A DNA stretch of 64,000 nucleotides, taken from the NCBI RefSeq assembly GCF_022045235.1, contig NW_027266341.1, positions 53,320,001 to 53,384,000 of the forward strand, read 5' to 3'. Shown here piece by piece: positions 1-12,376 of this stretch (the first letter of the stretch is position 1; each line of letters starts with the position of its first letter). The stretch comes from Haliotis cracherodii. Taxonomy: Eukaryota. The position numbers and the translations under genes are program-made. Under the pieces are notes generated by a model. That model was not told the origin of the DNA, searched no databases, and was given only the letters and a program-made list of their open reading frames with translations.

Positions 1-189
1 GACACAGCAGCACAGCAATATAGAGGCAGCATTCACTTTTTAACAATATCCATATGAATTTATGTCACATGTTCGGAAATCTTGAGGATTTGGCCAATAT
101 TGCGATGCTGCTGTCGCCCATATATTATTAGCTGTAAGGAAGAAACACTGTAGAGAAAACAGACGACTTGTGTATACATTACAGAAACA

Positions 190-195
190 TTTATT
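190..195 (-). promoter_or_regulatory. Poly(A) signal of the array gene (repeated in units 1-13)
   Basis: Minus strand reads AATAAA, then ~20 nt later CA followed by GU/U-rich gtcgtctgttttctctacagtgtttcttcc. Confidence 0.55.
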
Positions 196-385
196 CAGAT
201 GACCGAAAGTCGAAAGTAATATGCCTCAAGGGAGATCCAAAAACGGGCCAAAATTGTATAGAAAGTATGGTCTTGTGCCATGCTAATAAACCAAGAGGTT
301 TGCCGAAAGGAAACTGAAGGTCGGGCCAAAACAGTGAGCCTAAAAATACGCCAAAAATACGCTAAGAGCGGGTATATGGAATGGT

Positions 386-387
<2 letters not shown>

Positions 388-476
<89 letters not shown>

Positions 477-1028
477 CATGTATGCTCGTTCATTTACTCT
501 AACTCTCACCTCTAACATACATACACTCTCCCTCTCATACATACAAACATACATACACACATTATTATGCATACATGCTCATTCACTCTCTCACACTCAC
601 ACGCAAATACACACACATACATGCATACAGACAGACAGACAGACATGCCAATTCAATCTTTCATTTACTCTCACACACACTCACACAATACACACACACA
701 CTCACACACAAATACACACACATACATGCATACAGACAGAAACAGACAGACATGCCAATTCAATCTTTCATTTACTCTCACACAAACGCACACATTACAC
801 ACACACACACACAAACATACATATTCATTCAGTCTCTCTTTCTCACACACATATACATACACACACATGCATGTTCATTCAAACTTATATTNNNNNNNNN
901 NNNNNNNNNNNNNNNNNNNNNNNNNNNNNNNNNNNNNNNNNNNNNNNNNNNNNNNNNNNNNNNNNNNNNNNNNNNNNNNNNNNNNNNNNNNNNNNNNNNN
1001 NNNNNNNNNNNNNNNNNNNNNNNNNNNN
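388..1028. repeat. (CT)n plus CA/CATA-rich compound microsatellite in the 3'UTR of the array gene (every unit; partly N-masked)
   Basis: Perfect (CT)n at 388-473, degenerate CA/CATA/CAGA tract, and a (CATA)n run visible unmasked in units 3, 4, 10 and 13. Confidence 0.95.
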
Positions 1029-1066
1029 TCACTTGCACACATTCAGACATTAAAAGGATAAGGAGT

Positions 1067-1830
1067 CTAAGAGAAGATCTTCCTAAAGAAGGCAGCCGCT
1101 CTCGTCAGCGCCTTTCTAAGGGGATGAATCTCTCTGTCATCCACAAAGCTGTGGTCGTCGTCGTCCTCGTACACCCAGTAGTCACTGTCATCGTCGTCAC
1201 TTGGGGCAGGATAGTAAGCGGCGTGGTTGATGGTGACAGGGGCGGGGAGCGTCTCACCGTAGACAGGGCGGGCCCAGAACGGAGTGAAGACGCTCAGGGG
1301 GTCGGGACAACGGGAAGGGGACACAGCCAGGGAACGCTACACATCGAGGGGTGGAGGGAGGGACAAAGGAAGTCAAGTCAGACAGAAATACGGGATAATT
1401 TTGCATAGAAAACGAATCACACTTTATTATAGGGACTGGGCAGACTTAATGTGCAACAAATCAGCTATACTAGACGGAAGAACTTATAGGGTGGGCAAGT
1501 AAAACTACATACACAGTCGGACTCCTCATCCTGAGACGGCCACAAACTCACAGCCGCAGGAGTGCCATAATAGCGAATTATGTCCTCCCGAGCTGAAAAA
1601 GAAAAACGAAAGCTAGCCTCAGTTAAATGTACGCCGACGGCTACGTTCAAAAAATCACAATTCATGACTTCTGACAGCTACAGTATCCCACTCGACCTCG
1701 GCCCTTTGACACCTCGAAGTCCAAGTGTATGTAGGGTTACAGGCTGTGCTGCAAGACGACATTTAACCAATAAAATGGGCCAAACAGCTCCCTTTCACGG
1801 AAAACGGGTTATCTTACATCTGTACAACAT
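1067..1830 (-). CDS. Array orphan gene copy 1, spliced join(1830..1818, 1592..1513 [alt. donor 1552], 1336..1067); MLYRSREDIIRYYGTPAA(VSLWPSQDEESDC)RSLAVSPSRCPDPLSVFTPFWARPVYGETLPAPVTINHAAYYPAPSDDDDSDYWVYEDDDDHSFVDDREIHPLRKALTRAAAFFRKIFS
   Basis: Donors are T|GTAAGA and GCT|GTGAGT or TGT|GTATGT. Acceptors are tttttctttttcag and pyrimidine-rich ...gatgtgtag. Phases are compatible (1, 0). Several between-copy differences are synonymous in this frame. Exon 1 and the ATG are less certain than exons 2-3. Confidence 0.65.
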
Positions 1831-1915
1831 CGCCCGACGCTATAATGTACGAACAGGTTTCATCTGAGAACTACATGTCAAGTTTACAATCTAACATTTT
1901 CAGTTATGACAATTG

Positions 1916-1935
1916 CAAATGGCGGCCGCCATCTT
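1916..1935. promoter_or_regulatory. Palindromic double YY1-type motif (caaATGGCGGCCGCCATctt) in the probable promoter/5' region of each unit
   Basis: Perfect 14-bp palindrome at 1919-1932 resembling the YY1 AANATGGCGG consensus on both strands. It lies ~90 nt upstream of the predicted ATG, with CCAAT motifs nearby. Confidence 0.45.
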
Positions 1936-2751
1936 CAGTCCCGATACTGCTGCCTAACAACGACCAATTTCACGTCTAATTTAGCATGTTAATACTGTTA
2001 AGTGGAATAATTGTGATCTTAAATACCTTGAATTTGAAGCCTTGTATTCATCTTGGAAGAAGACACACTTGGAATGATACAGCAGTGAGCGAAACGTAGA
2101 GGTCAGCGGAGCAAAAGCGATCGTTTTTCTGTTGAAAACAGAAGGGACGTCGATAACGGCAACGGTAACTACGTTACGGAGTTCGAGGAGTCAGAACGAG
2201 GCTCATCGCCAGCTTCCGGCGTGGTAAAGCCTAATGGCATTGCCAAGGGTGAAAACTGCCGGGTTTATTTCGTCTGAACACCGGGATTAAGTTGTATCTT
2301 ACAACTGAAACGTTGTCTACATCAGTTCAGAGTTTGAAAAAAATGTGCAGGTGAAACTAGGTGTTTTTCGTGCCTCCATTACTCGAAACAGGGTGAATTT
2401 TGTTCACTTTGATATGGACATTAACCTTAAACGTTTGCTAGGCCGAATAGCGATACCACATAACGACCCTCTATTATACTAACCTTCACAATACCTTTTA
2501 CATTCGACAAACTGACACGGGCTAGCAGGCTAGTAAGAATGCACATCTCTGATAATCCATGTGGGATTTGGGAATTATTCCCTATCCTACAGGGATAAAA
2601 TAAAAGTTAAATGGTACTGGTATTTTCCAACGTGTGCAGCGACAGTTCTTATTTGGTTTGATTTCTAATCTGGAAACACGATGACCACAGAAAATAGCTA
2701 ATAGGAGAGAAAGATAAATGACAAGCATATTGGTTTTTACTACACTAGGCC

Positions 2752-3054
2752 TGAGGGGCCGACCATTTCATGTTCGTTTGGAAGGGGGAGTGGGCGACGT
2801 TGGATTTTGTATGGAGACTAGATAGTTTTCAGCTACAAATGCAAAATCAGTTATAAACAATGAGCCTAAATAAAACATTTTTCAACAACCCACCTTGCAA
2901 CAACGTATTTTTGGTGGCCGACATGTTCTTTTTGTCCAACATATGGAAGCCTAATTAGTTTTCAATCAACTTTGGAGACAATATATTTTTTTTCTGAAAA
3001 AATCCTAGCCACCCACACACTCACAGCCAGAGAAATCCTATTGACCGTCCCATT
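2752..3054. mobile_element. Degenerate MITE-like non-autonomous DNA element in each unit
   Basis: Left end (t)aaggggccgaccattt (best preserved at ~45122) and a decayed right end atcctattgaccgtcccat. The cognate clean right end atcaaatggtcggtccctaa occurs at 53689-53708. Confidence 0.45.
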
Positions 3055-4043
3055 TTGGAAACCTTGATGTGGACGTACAGGGGTAGAATTCAGACCCCTT
3101 GTATCATTTAGGTATTTTTGTAGAATGCCAGATACGAATATTACGTCATATATATATATTAATCTACTCTTGCATACGAGTAGGTATCAATATAGGCTTT
3201 CTACTTGCGCCTGGCCTCGGCCTATGTATAAAAGCATGCCCTCTGCAATTTCTGAAGACCACGGGCCAAAAGACAAGCAGTGAGGTGATGAGACGAGTGG
3301 AATCCAATATTGACTGAGGCGAAGGGAGATCACTCTCAACCCCTTGTCCGACTACTGCTATTAGTTGGGTGAAGTGCTCGTAATATATCCCATGTGGCGA
3401 CACTTGTGTTTTAGAGAAGAAAGGCAATTCTCGATTCGCACTCCTTTAAAAGGAAGCCACGATTATTGTTACATTAGAAACGATTAGCTATTATATTGGA
3501 ATATAAAATTTATTCCAGATAACAAAGTATCAGAGAGCTGTCCTCAGAGAATATCCCGTGTCACAATTGTCGCCACATAAACATTTAGAAGTGTCTGATC
3601 TTAAGGTAACCCCACCTATTTAGAAATCTTCTGCTAAGTGCAGATCATGAAATTGGGACACAGCAGCACAGCAATATAGAGGCAGCATTCACTTTTTAAC
3701 AATATCCATATGAATTTATGTCACATGTTCGGAAATCTTGAGGATTTGGCCAATATTGCGATGCTGCTGTCGCCCATATATTATTAGCTGTAAGGAAGAA
3801 ACACTGTAGAGAAAACAGACGACTTGTGTATACATTACAGAAACATTTATTCAGATGACCGAAAGTCGAAAGTAATATGCCTCAAGGGAGATCCAAAAAC
3901 GGGCCAAAATTGTATAGAAAGTATGGTCTTGTGCCATGCTAATAAACCAAGAGGTTTGCCGAAAGGAAACTGAAGGTCGGGCCAAAAAGGTGAGCCTAAA
4001 AATACGCCAAAAATACGCTAAGAGCGGGTATATGGAATGGTAG

Positions 4044-4118
<75 letters not shown>

Positions 4119-4603
4119 CATGTATGCTCGTTCATTTACTCTAACTCTCACCTCTAACATACATACACTCTCCCTCTCATACATACAAACATACATACAC
4201 ACATTATTATGCATACATGCCCATTCACTCTCTCACACTCACACGCAAATACACACACATACATGCATACAGACAGAAACAGACAGACATGCCAATTCAA
4301 TCTTTCATTTACTCTCACACACACTCACACATTACACACACACACAAACATACATATTCATTCAGTCTCTCTTTCTCACACACATATACATACACACACA
4401 TGCATGTTCATTCAANNNNNNNNNNNNNNNNNNNNNNNNNNNNNNNNNNNNNNNNNNNNNNNNNNNNNNNNNNNNNNNNNNNNNNNNNNNNNNNNNNNNN
4501 NNNNNNNNNNNNNNNNNNNNNNNNNNNNNNNNNNNNNNNNNNNNNNNNNNNNNNNNNNNNNNNNNTCACTTGCACACATTCAGACATTAAAAGGATAAGG
4601 AGT

Positions 4604-5367
4604 CTAAGAGAAGATCTTCCTAAAGAAGGCAGCCGCTCTCGTCAGCGCCTTTCTAAGGGGATGAATCTCTCTGTCATCCACAAAGCTGTGGTCGTCGTCG
4701 TCCTCGTACACCCAGTAGTCACTGTCATCGTCGTCACTTGGGGCAGGATAGTAAGCGGCGTGGTTGATGGTGACAGGGGCGGGGAGCGTCTCACCGTAGA
4801 CAGGGCGGGCCCAGAACGGAGTGAAGACGCTCAGGGGGTCGGGACAACGGGAAGGGGACACAGCCAGGGAACGCTACACATCGAGGGGTGGAGGGAGGGA
4901 CAAAGGAAGTCAAGTCAGACAGAAATACGGGATACTTTTGCATAGAAAACGAATCACACTTTATTATAGGGACTGGGCAGACTTAATGTGCAACAAATCA
5001 GCTATACTAGACGGAAGAACTTATAGGGTGGGCAAGTAAAACTACATACACAGTCGGACTCCTCATCCTGAGACGGCCACAAACTCACAGCCGCAGGAGT
5101 GCCATAATAGCGAATTATGTCCTCCCGAGCTGAAAAAGAAAAACGAAAGCTAGCCTCAGTTAAATGTACGCCGACGGCTACGTTCAAAAAATCACAATTC
5201 ATGACTTCTGACAGCTACAGTATGACACTCGACCTCGGCCCTTTGACACCTCGAAGTCCAAGTGTATGTAGGGTTACAGGCTGTGCTGCAAGACGACATT
5301 TAACCAATAAAATGGGCCAAACAGCTCCCTTTCACGGAAAACGGGTTATCTTACATCTGTACAACAT
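4604..5367 (-). CDS. Array orphan gene copy 2 (3 exons)
   Basis: Same exon structure and intact splice sites as copy 1. Confidence 0.65.
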
Positions 5368-7579
5368 CGCCCGACGCTATAATGTACGAACAGGTTTCAT
5401 CTGAGAACCACATGTCAAGTTTACAATCTAACATTTTCAGTTATGACAATTGCAAATGGCGGCCGCCATCTTCAGTCCCGATACTGCTGCCTAACAACGA
5501 CCAATTTCACGTCTAATTTAGCATGTTAATACTGTTAAGTGGAATAATTGTGATCTTAAATACCTTGAATGTGAAGCCTTGTATTCATCTTGGAAGAAGA
5601 CACACTTGGAATGATACAGCAGTGAGCGAAACGTAGAGGTCAGCGGAGCAAAAGCGATCGTTTTTCTGTTGAAAACAGAAGGGACGTCGATAACGGCAAC
5701 GGTAACTACGTTACGGAGTTCGAGGAGTCAGAACGAGGCTCATCGCCAGCTTTCGGCGTGGTAAAGCCTAATGGCATTGCCAAGGGTGAAAACTGCCGGG
5801 TTTATTTCGTCTGAACACCGGGATTAAGTTGTATCTTACAACTGAAACGTTGCCTACATCAGTTCAGAGTTTGAAAAAAATGTGCAGGTGAAACTAGGTG
5901 TTTTTCGTGCCTCCATTACTCGAAACAGGGTGAATTTTGTTCACTTTGATATGGACATTAACCTTAAACGTTTGCTAGGCCGAATAGCGATACCACATAA
6001 CGACCCTCTATTATACTAACCTTCACAATACCTTTTACATTCGACAAACTGACACGGGCTAGCAGGCTAGTAAGAATGCACATCTCTGATAATCCATGTG
6101 GGATTTGGGAATTATTCCCTATCCTACAGGGATAAAATAAAAGTTAAATGGTACTGGTATTTTCCAACGTGTGCAGCGACAGTTCTTATTTGGTTTGATT
6201 TCTAATCTGGAAACACGATGACCACAGAAAATAGCTAATAGGAGAGAAAGATAAATGACAAGCATATTGGTTTTTACTACACTAGGCCTGAGGGGCCGAC
6301 CATTTCATGTTCGTTTGGAAGGGGGAGTGGGCGACGTTGGATTTTGTATGGAGACTAGATATTTTTCAGCTGCAAATGCAAAATCAGTTATAAACAATGA
6401 GCCTAAATAAAACATTGTTCAAAAACCCACCTTGCAACAACGTATTTTTGGTGGCCGACATGTTCTTTTTGTCCAACATATGGAAGCCTAATTAGTTTTC
6501 AATCAACTTTGGAGACAATATATTTTTTTTCTGAAAAAATCCTAGCCACCCACACACTCACAGTCAGAGAAATCCTATTGACCGTCCCATTTTGGAAACC
6601 TTGATGTGGACGTACAGGGGTAGAATTCAGACCCCTTGTATCATTTAGGTATTTTTGTAGAATGCCAGATACGAATATTACGTCATATATATATATTAAT
6701 CTACTCTTGCATACGAGTAGGTATCAATATAGGCTTTCTACTTGCGCCTGGCCTCGGCCTATGTATAAAAGCATGCCCTCTGCAATTTCTGAAGACCACG
6801 GGCCAAAAGACAAGCAGTGAGGTGATGAGACGAGTGGAATCCAATATTGACTGAGGCGAAGGGAGATCACTCTCAACCCCTTGTCCGACTACTGCTATTA
6901 GTTGGGTGAAGTGCTCGTAATATATCCCATGTGGCGACACTTGTGTTTTAGAGAAGAAAGGCAATTCTCGATTCGCACTCCTTTAAAAGGAAGCCACGTT
7001 TATTGTTACATTAGAAACGATTAGCTATTATATTGGAATATAAAATTTATTCCAGATAACAAAGTATCAGAGAGCTGTCCTCAGAGAATATCCCGTGTCA
7101 CAATTGTCGCCCACATAAACATTTAGAAGTGTCTGATCTTAAGGTAACCCCACCTATTTAGAAATCTTCTGCTAAGTGCAGATCATGAAACTGGGACACA
7201 GCAGCACAGCAATATAGAGGCAGCATTCACTTTTTAACAATATCCATATGAATTTATGTCACATGTTCGGAAATCTTGAGGATTTGGCCAATATTGCGAT
7301 GCTGCTGTCGCCCATATATTATTAGCTGTAAGGAAGAAACACTGTAGAGAAAACAGACGACTTGTGTATACATTACAGAAACATTTATTCAGATGACCGA
7401 AAGTCGAAAGTAATATGCCTCAAGGGAGATCCAAAAACGGGCCAAAATTGTATAGAAAGTATGGTCTTGTGCCATGCTAATAAACCAAGAGGTTTGCCGA
7501 ACGGAAACTGAAGGTCGGGCCAAAACAGTGAGCCTAAAAATACGCCAAAAATACGCTAAGAGCGGGTATATTGAATGGT

Positions 7580-7672
<93 letters not shown>

Positions 7673-8129
7673 CATGTATGCTCGTTCATTTACTCTAACT
7701 CTCACCTCTAACATACATACACTCTCCCTCTCATACATACAAACATACATACACACATTATTATGCATACATGCTCATTCACTCTCTCACACTCACACGC
7801 AAATACACACACATACATGCATACAGACAGAAACAGACAGACATGCCAATTCAATCTTTCATTTACTCTCACACACACGCACACATTACACACACACACA
7901 AACATACATATTCATTCAGTCTCTCTTTCTCACACACATATACATACACACACATGCATGTTCATTCAAACTTATATTTACACTCACACAAACGCACACA
8001 TACATACATACATACATACATACATACATACATACATACATACATACATACATACATACATACATACATACATACCTGCTCATTCATTCACTCACTTGCA
8101 CACATTCAGACATTAAAAGGATAAGGAGT

Positions 8130-8893
8130 CTAAGAGAAGATCTTCCTAAAGAAGGCAGCCGCTCTCGTCAGCGCCTTTCTAAGGGGATGAATCTCTCTGT
8201 CATCCACAAAGCTGTGGTCGTCGTCGTCCTCGTACACCCAGTAGTCACTGTCATCGTCGTCACTTGGGGCAGGATAGTAAGCGGCGTGGTTGATGGTGAC
8301 GGGGGCGGGGAGCGTCTCACCGTAGACAGGGCGGGCCCAGAACGGAGTGAAGACGCTCAGGGGGTCGGGACAACGGGAAGGGGACACAGCCAGGGAACGC
8401 TACACATCGAGGGGTGGAGGGAGGGACAAAGGAAGTCAAGTCAGACAGAAATACGGGATACTTTTGCATAGAAAACGAATCACACTTTATTATAGGGACT
8501 GGGCAGACTTAATGTGCAACAAATCAGCTATACTAGACGGAAGAACTTATAGGGTGGGCAAGTAAAACTACATACACAGTCGGACTCCTCATCCTGAGAC
8601 GGCCACAAACTCACAGCCGCAGGAGTGCCATAATAGCGAATTATGTCCTCCCGAGCTGAAAAAGAAAAACGAAAGCTAGCCTCAGTTAAATGTACGCCGA
8701 CGGCTACGTTCAAAAAATCACAATTCATGACTTCTGACAGCTACAGTATGACACTCGACCTCGGCCCTTTGACACCTCGAAGTCCAAGTGTATGTAGGGT
8801 TACAGGCTGTGCTGCAAGACGACATTTAACCAATAAAATGGGCCAAACAGCTCCCTTTCACGGAAAACGGGTTATCTTACATCTGTACAACAT
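8130..8893 (-). CDS. Array orphan gene copy 3 (3 exons)
   Basis: As copy 1; synonymous CCT>CCC Pro change in exon 3. Confidence 0.65.
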
Positions 8894-11110
8894 TGCCCGA
8901 CGCTATAATGTACGAACAGGTTTCATCTGAGAACCACATGTCAAGTTTACAATCTAACATTTTCAGTTATGACAATTGCAAATGGCGGCCGCCATCTTCA
9001 GTCCCGATACTGCTGCCTAACAACGACCAATTTCACGTCTAATTTAGCATGTTAATACTGTTAAGTGGAATAATTGTGATCTTAAATACCTTGAATTTGA
9101 AGCCTTGTATTCATCTTGGAAGAAGACACACTTGGAATGATACAGCAGTGAGCGAAACGTAGAGGTCAGCGGAGCAAAAGCGATCGTTTTTCTGTTGAAA
9201 ACAGAAGGGACGTCGATAACGGCAACGGTAACTACGTTACGGAGTTCGAGGAGTCAGAACGAGGCTCATCGCCAGCTTCCGGCGTGGTAAAGCCTAATGG
9301 CATTGCCAAGGGTGAAAACTGCCGGGTTTATTTCGTCTGAACACCGGGATTAAGTTGTATCTTACAACTGAAACGTTGCCTACATCAGTTCAGAGTTTGA
9401 AAAATATGTGCAGGTGAAACTAGGTGTTTTTCGTGCCTCCATTACTCGAAACAGGGTGAATTTTGTTCACTTTGATATGGACATTAACCTTAAACGTTTG
9501 CTAGGCCGAATAGCGATACCACATAACGACCCTCTATTATACTAACCTTCACAATACCTTTTACATTCGACAAACTGACACGGGCTAGCAGGCTAGTAAG
9601 AATGCACATCTCTGATAATCCATGTGGGATTTGGGAATTATTCCCTATCCTACAGAGATAAAATAAAAGTTAAATGGTACTGGTATTTTCCAACGTGTGC
9701 AGCGACAGTTCTTATTTGGTTTGATTTCTAATCTGGAAACACGATGACCACAGAAAATAGCTAATAGGAGAGAAAGATAAATGACAAGCATATTGGTTTT
9801 TACTACACTAGGCCTGAGGGGCCGACCATTTCATGTTCCTTTGGAAGGGGGAGTGGGCGACGTTGGATTTTGTATGGAGACTAGATATTTTTCAGCTGCA
9901 AATGCAAAATCAGTTATAAACAATGAGCCTAAATAAAACATTTTTCAAAAACCCACCTTGCAACAACGTATTTTTGGTGGCCGACATGTTCTTTTTGTCC
10001 AACATATGGAAGCCTAATTAGTTTTCAATCAACTTTGGAGACAATATATTTTTTTTCTGAAAAAATCCTAGCCACCCACACACTCACAGTCAGAGAAATC
10101 CTATTGACCGTCCCATTTTGGAAACCTTGATGTGGACGTACAGGGGTAGAATTCAGACCCCTTGTATCATTTAGGTATTTTTGTAGAATGCCAGATACGA
10201 ATATTACGTCATATATATATATTAATCTACTCTTGCATACGAGTAGGTGTCAATATAGGCTTTCTACTTGCGCCTGGCCTCGGCCTATGTATAAAAGCAT
10301 GCCCTCTGCAATTTCTGAAGACCACGGGCCAAAAGACAAGCAGTGAGGTGATGAGACGAGTGGAATCCAATATTGACTGAGGCGAAGGGAGATCACTCTC
10401 AACCCCTTGTCCGACTACTGCTATTAGTTGGGTGAAGTGCTCGTAATATATCCCATGTGGCGACACTTGTGTTTTAGAGAAGAAAGGCAATTCTCGATTC
10501 GCACTCCTTTAAAAGGAAGCCACGATTATTGTTACATTAGAAACGATTAGCTATTATATTGGAATATAAAATTTATTCCAGATAACAAAGTATCAGAGAG
10601 CTGTCCTCAGAGAATATCCCGTGTCACAATTGTCGCCACATAAACATTTAGAAGTGTCTGATCTTAAGGTAACCCCACCTATTTAGAAATCTTCTGCTAA
10701 GTGCAGATCATGAAATTGGGACACAGCAGCACAGCAATATAGAGGCAGCATTCACTTTTTAACAATATCCATATGAATTTATGTCACATGTTCGGAAATC
10801 TTGAGGATTTGGCCAATATTGCGATGCTGCTGTCGCCCATATATTATTAGCTGTAAGGAAGAAACACTGTAGAGAAAACAGACGACTTGTGTATACATTA
10901 CAGAAACATTTATTCAGATGACCGAAAGTCGAAAGTAATATGCCTCAAGGGAGATCCAAAAACGGGCCAAAATTGTATAGAAAGTATGGTCTTGTGCCAT
11001 GCTAATAAACCAAGAGGTTTGCCGAAAGGAAACTGAAGGTCGGGCCAAAACAGTGAGCCTAAAAATACGCCAAAAATACGCTAAGAGCGGGTATATGGAA
11101 TGGTAGTCTC

Positions 11111-11183
<73 letters not shown>

Positions 11184-11612
11184 CATGTATGCTCGTTCAT
11201 TTACTCTAACTCTCACCTCTAACATACATACACTCTCCCTCTCATACATACAAACATACATACACACATTATTATGCATACATGCTCATTCACTCTCTCA
11301 CACTCACACGCAAATACACACACATACATGCATACAGACAGAAACAGACAGACATGCCAATTCAATCTTTCATTTACTCTCACACACACGCACACATTAC
11401 ACACACACACAAACATACATATTCATTCAGTCTCTCTTTCTCACACACATATACATACACACACATGCATGTTCATTCAAACTTATATTTACACTCACAC
11501 AAACGCACACATACATACATACATACATACATACATACATACATACATACATACATACCTGCTCATTCATTCACTCACTTGCACACATTCAGACATTAAA
11601 AGGATAAGGAGT

Positions 11613-12376
11613 CTAAGAGAAGATCTTCCTAAAGAAGGCAGCCGCTCTCGTCAGCGCCTTTCTAAGGGGATGAATCTCTCTGTCATCCACAAAGCTGTGG
11701 TCGTCGTCGTCCTCGTACACCCAGTAGTCACTGTCATCGTCGTCACTTGGGGCAGGATAGTAAGCGGCGTGGTTGATGGTGACAGGGGCGGGGAGCGTCT
11801 CACCGTAGACAGGGCGGGCCCAGAACGGAGTGAAGACGCTCAGGGGGTCGGGACAACGGGAAGGGGACACAGCCAGGGAACGCTACACATCGAGGGGTGG
11901 AGGGAGGGACAAAGGAAGTCAAGTCAGACAGAAATACGGGATACTTTTGCATAGAAAACGAATCACACTTTATTATAGGGACTGGGCAGACTTAATGTGC
12001 AACAAATCAGCTATACTAGACGGAAGAACTTATAGGGTGGGCAAGTAAAACTACATACACAGTCGGACTCCTCATCCTGAGACGGCCACAAACTCACAGC
12101 CGCAGGAGTGCCATAATAGCGAATTATGTCCTCCCGAGCTGAAAAAGAAAAACGAAAGCTAGCCTCAGTTAAATGTACGCCGACGGCTACGTTCAAAAAA
12201 TCACAATTCATGACTTCTGACAGCTACAGTATGACACTCGACCTCGGCCCTTTGACACCTCGAAGTCCAAGTGTATGTAGGGTTACAGGCTGTGCTGCAA
12301 GACGACATTTAACCAATAAAATGGGCCAAACAGCTCCCTTTCACGGAAAACGGGTTATCTTACATCTGTACAACAT
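11613..12376 (-). CDS. Array orphan gene copy 4 (3 exons)
   Basis: As copy 1. Confidence 0.65.

Noticed and set aside
195-1061. Long His/Thr/Tyr-rich and (ER)n ORFs on both strands in every unit
   Set aside because: These are translations of (CA)n, (CATA)n and (CT)n microsatellites and of N-runs; the frames differ between units.
1029-1502. Plus-strand ORFs (...KAVVVVVLVHPVVTVIVVTW..., MKTLRGSGQ...)
   Set aside because: They are antisense shadows of the minus-strand acidic exon, lack splice or start support, and are frameshifted in copy 14.
1580-1867. Plus-strand 95-aa ORF MSSRAEKEKRK...
   Set aside because: It overlaps the minus-strand intron and exons, and its ATG is lost in unit 9 by a change that is silent in the minus-strand gene.
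2328-2551. Possible hAT-like element bounded by CAGAG...CTCTG
   Set aside because: Only 5 bp of terminal match, no 8-bp TSD, and the left end is absent in the edge copy.
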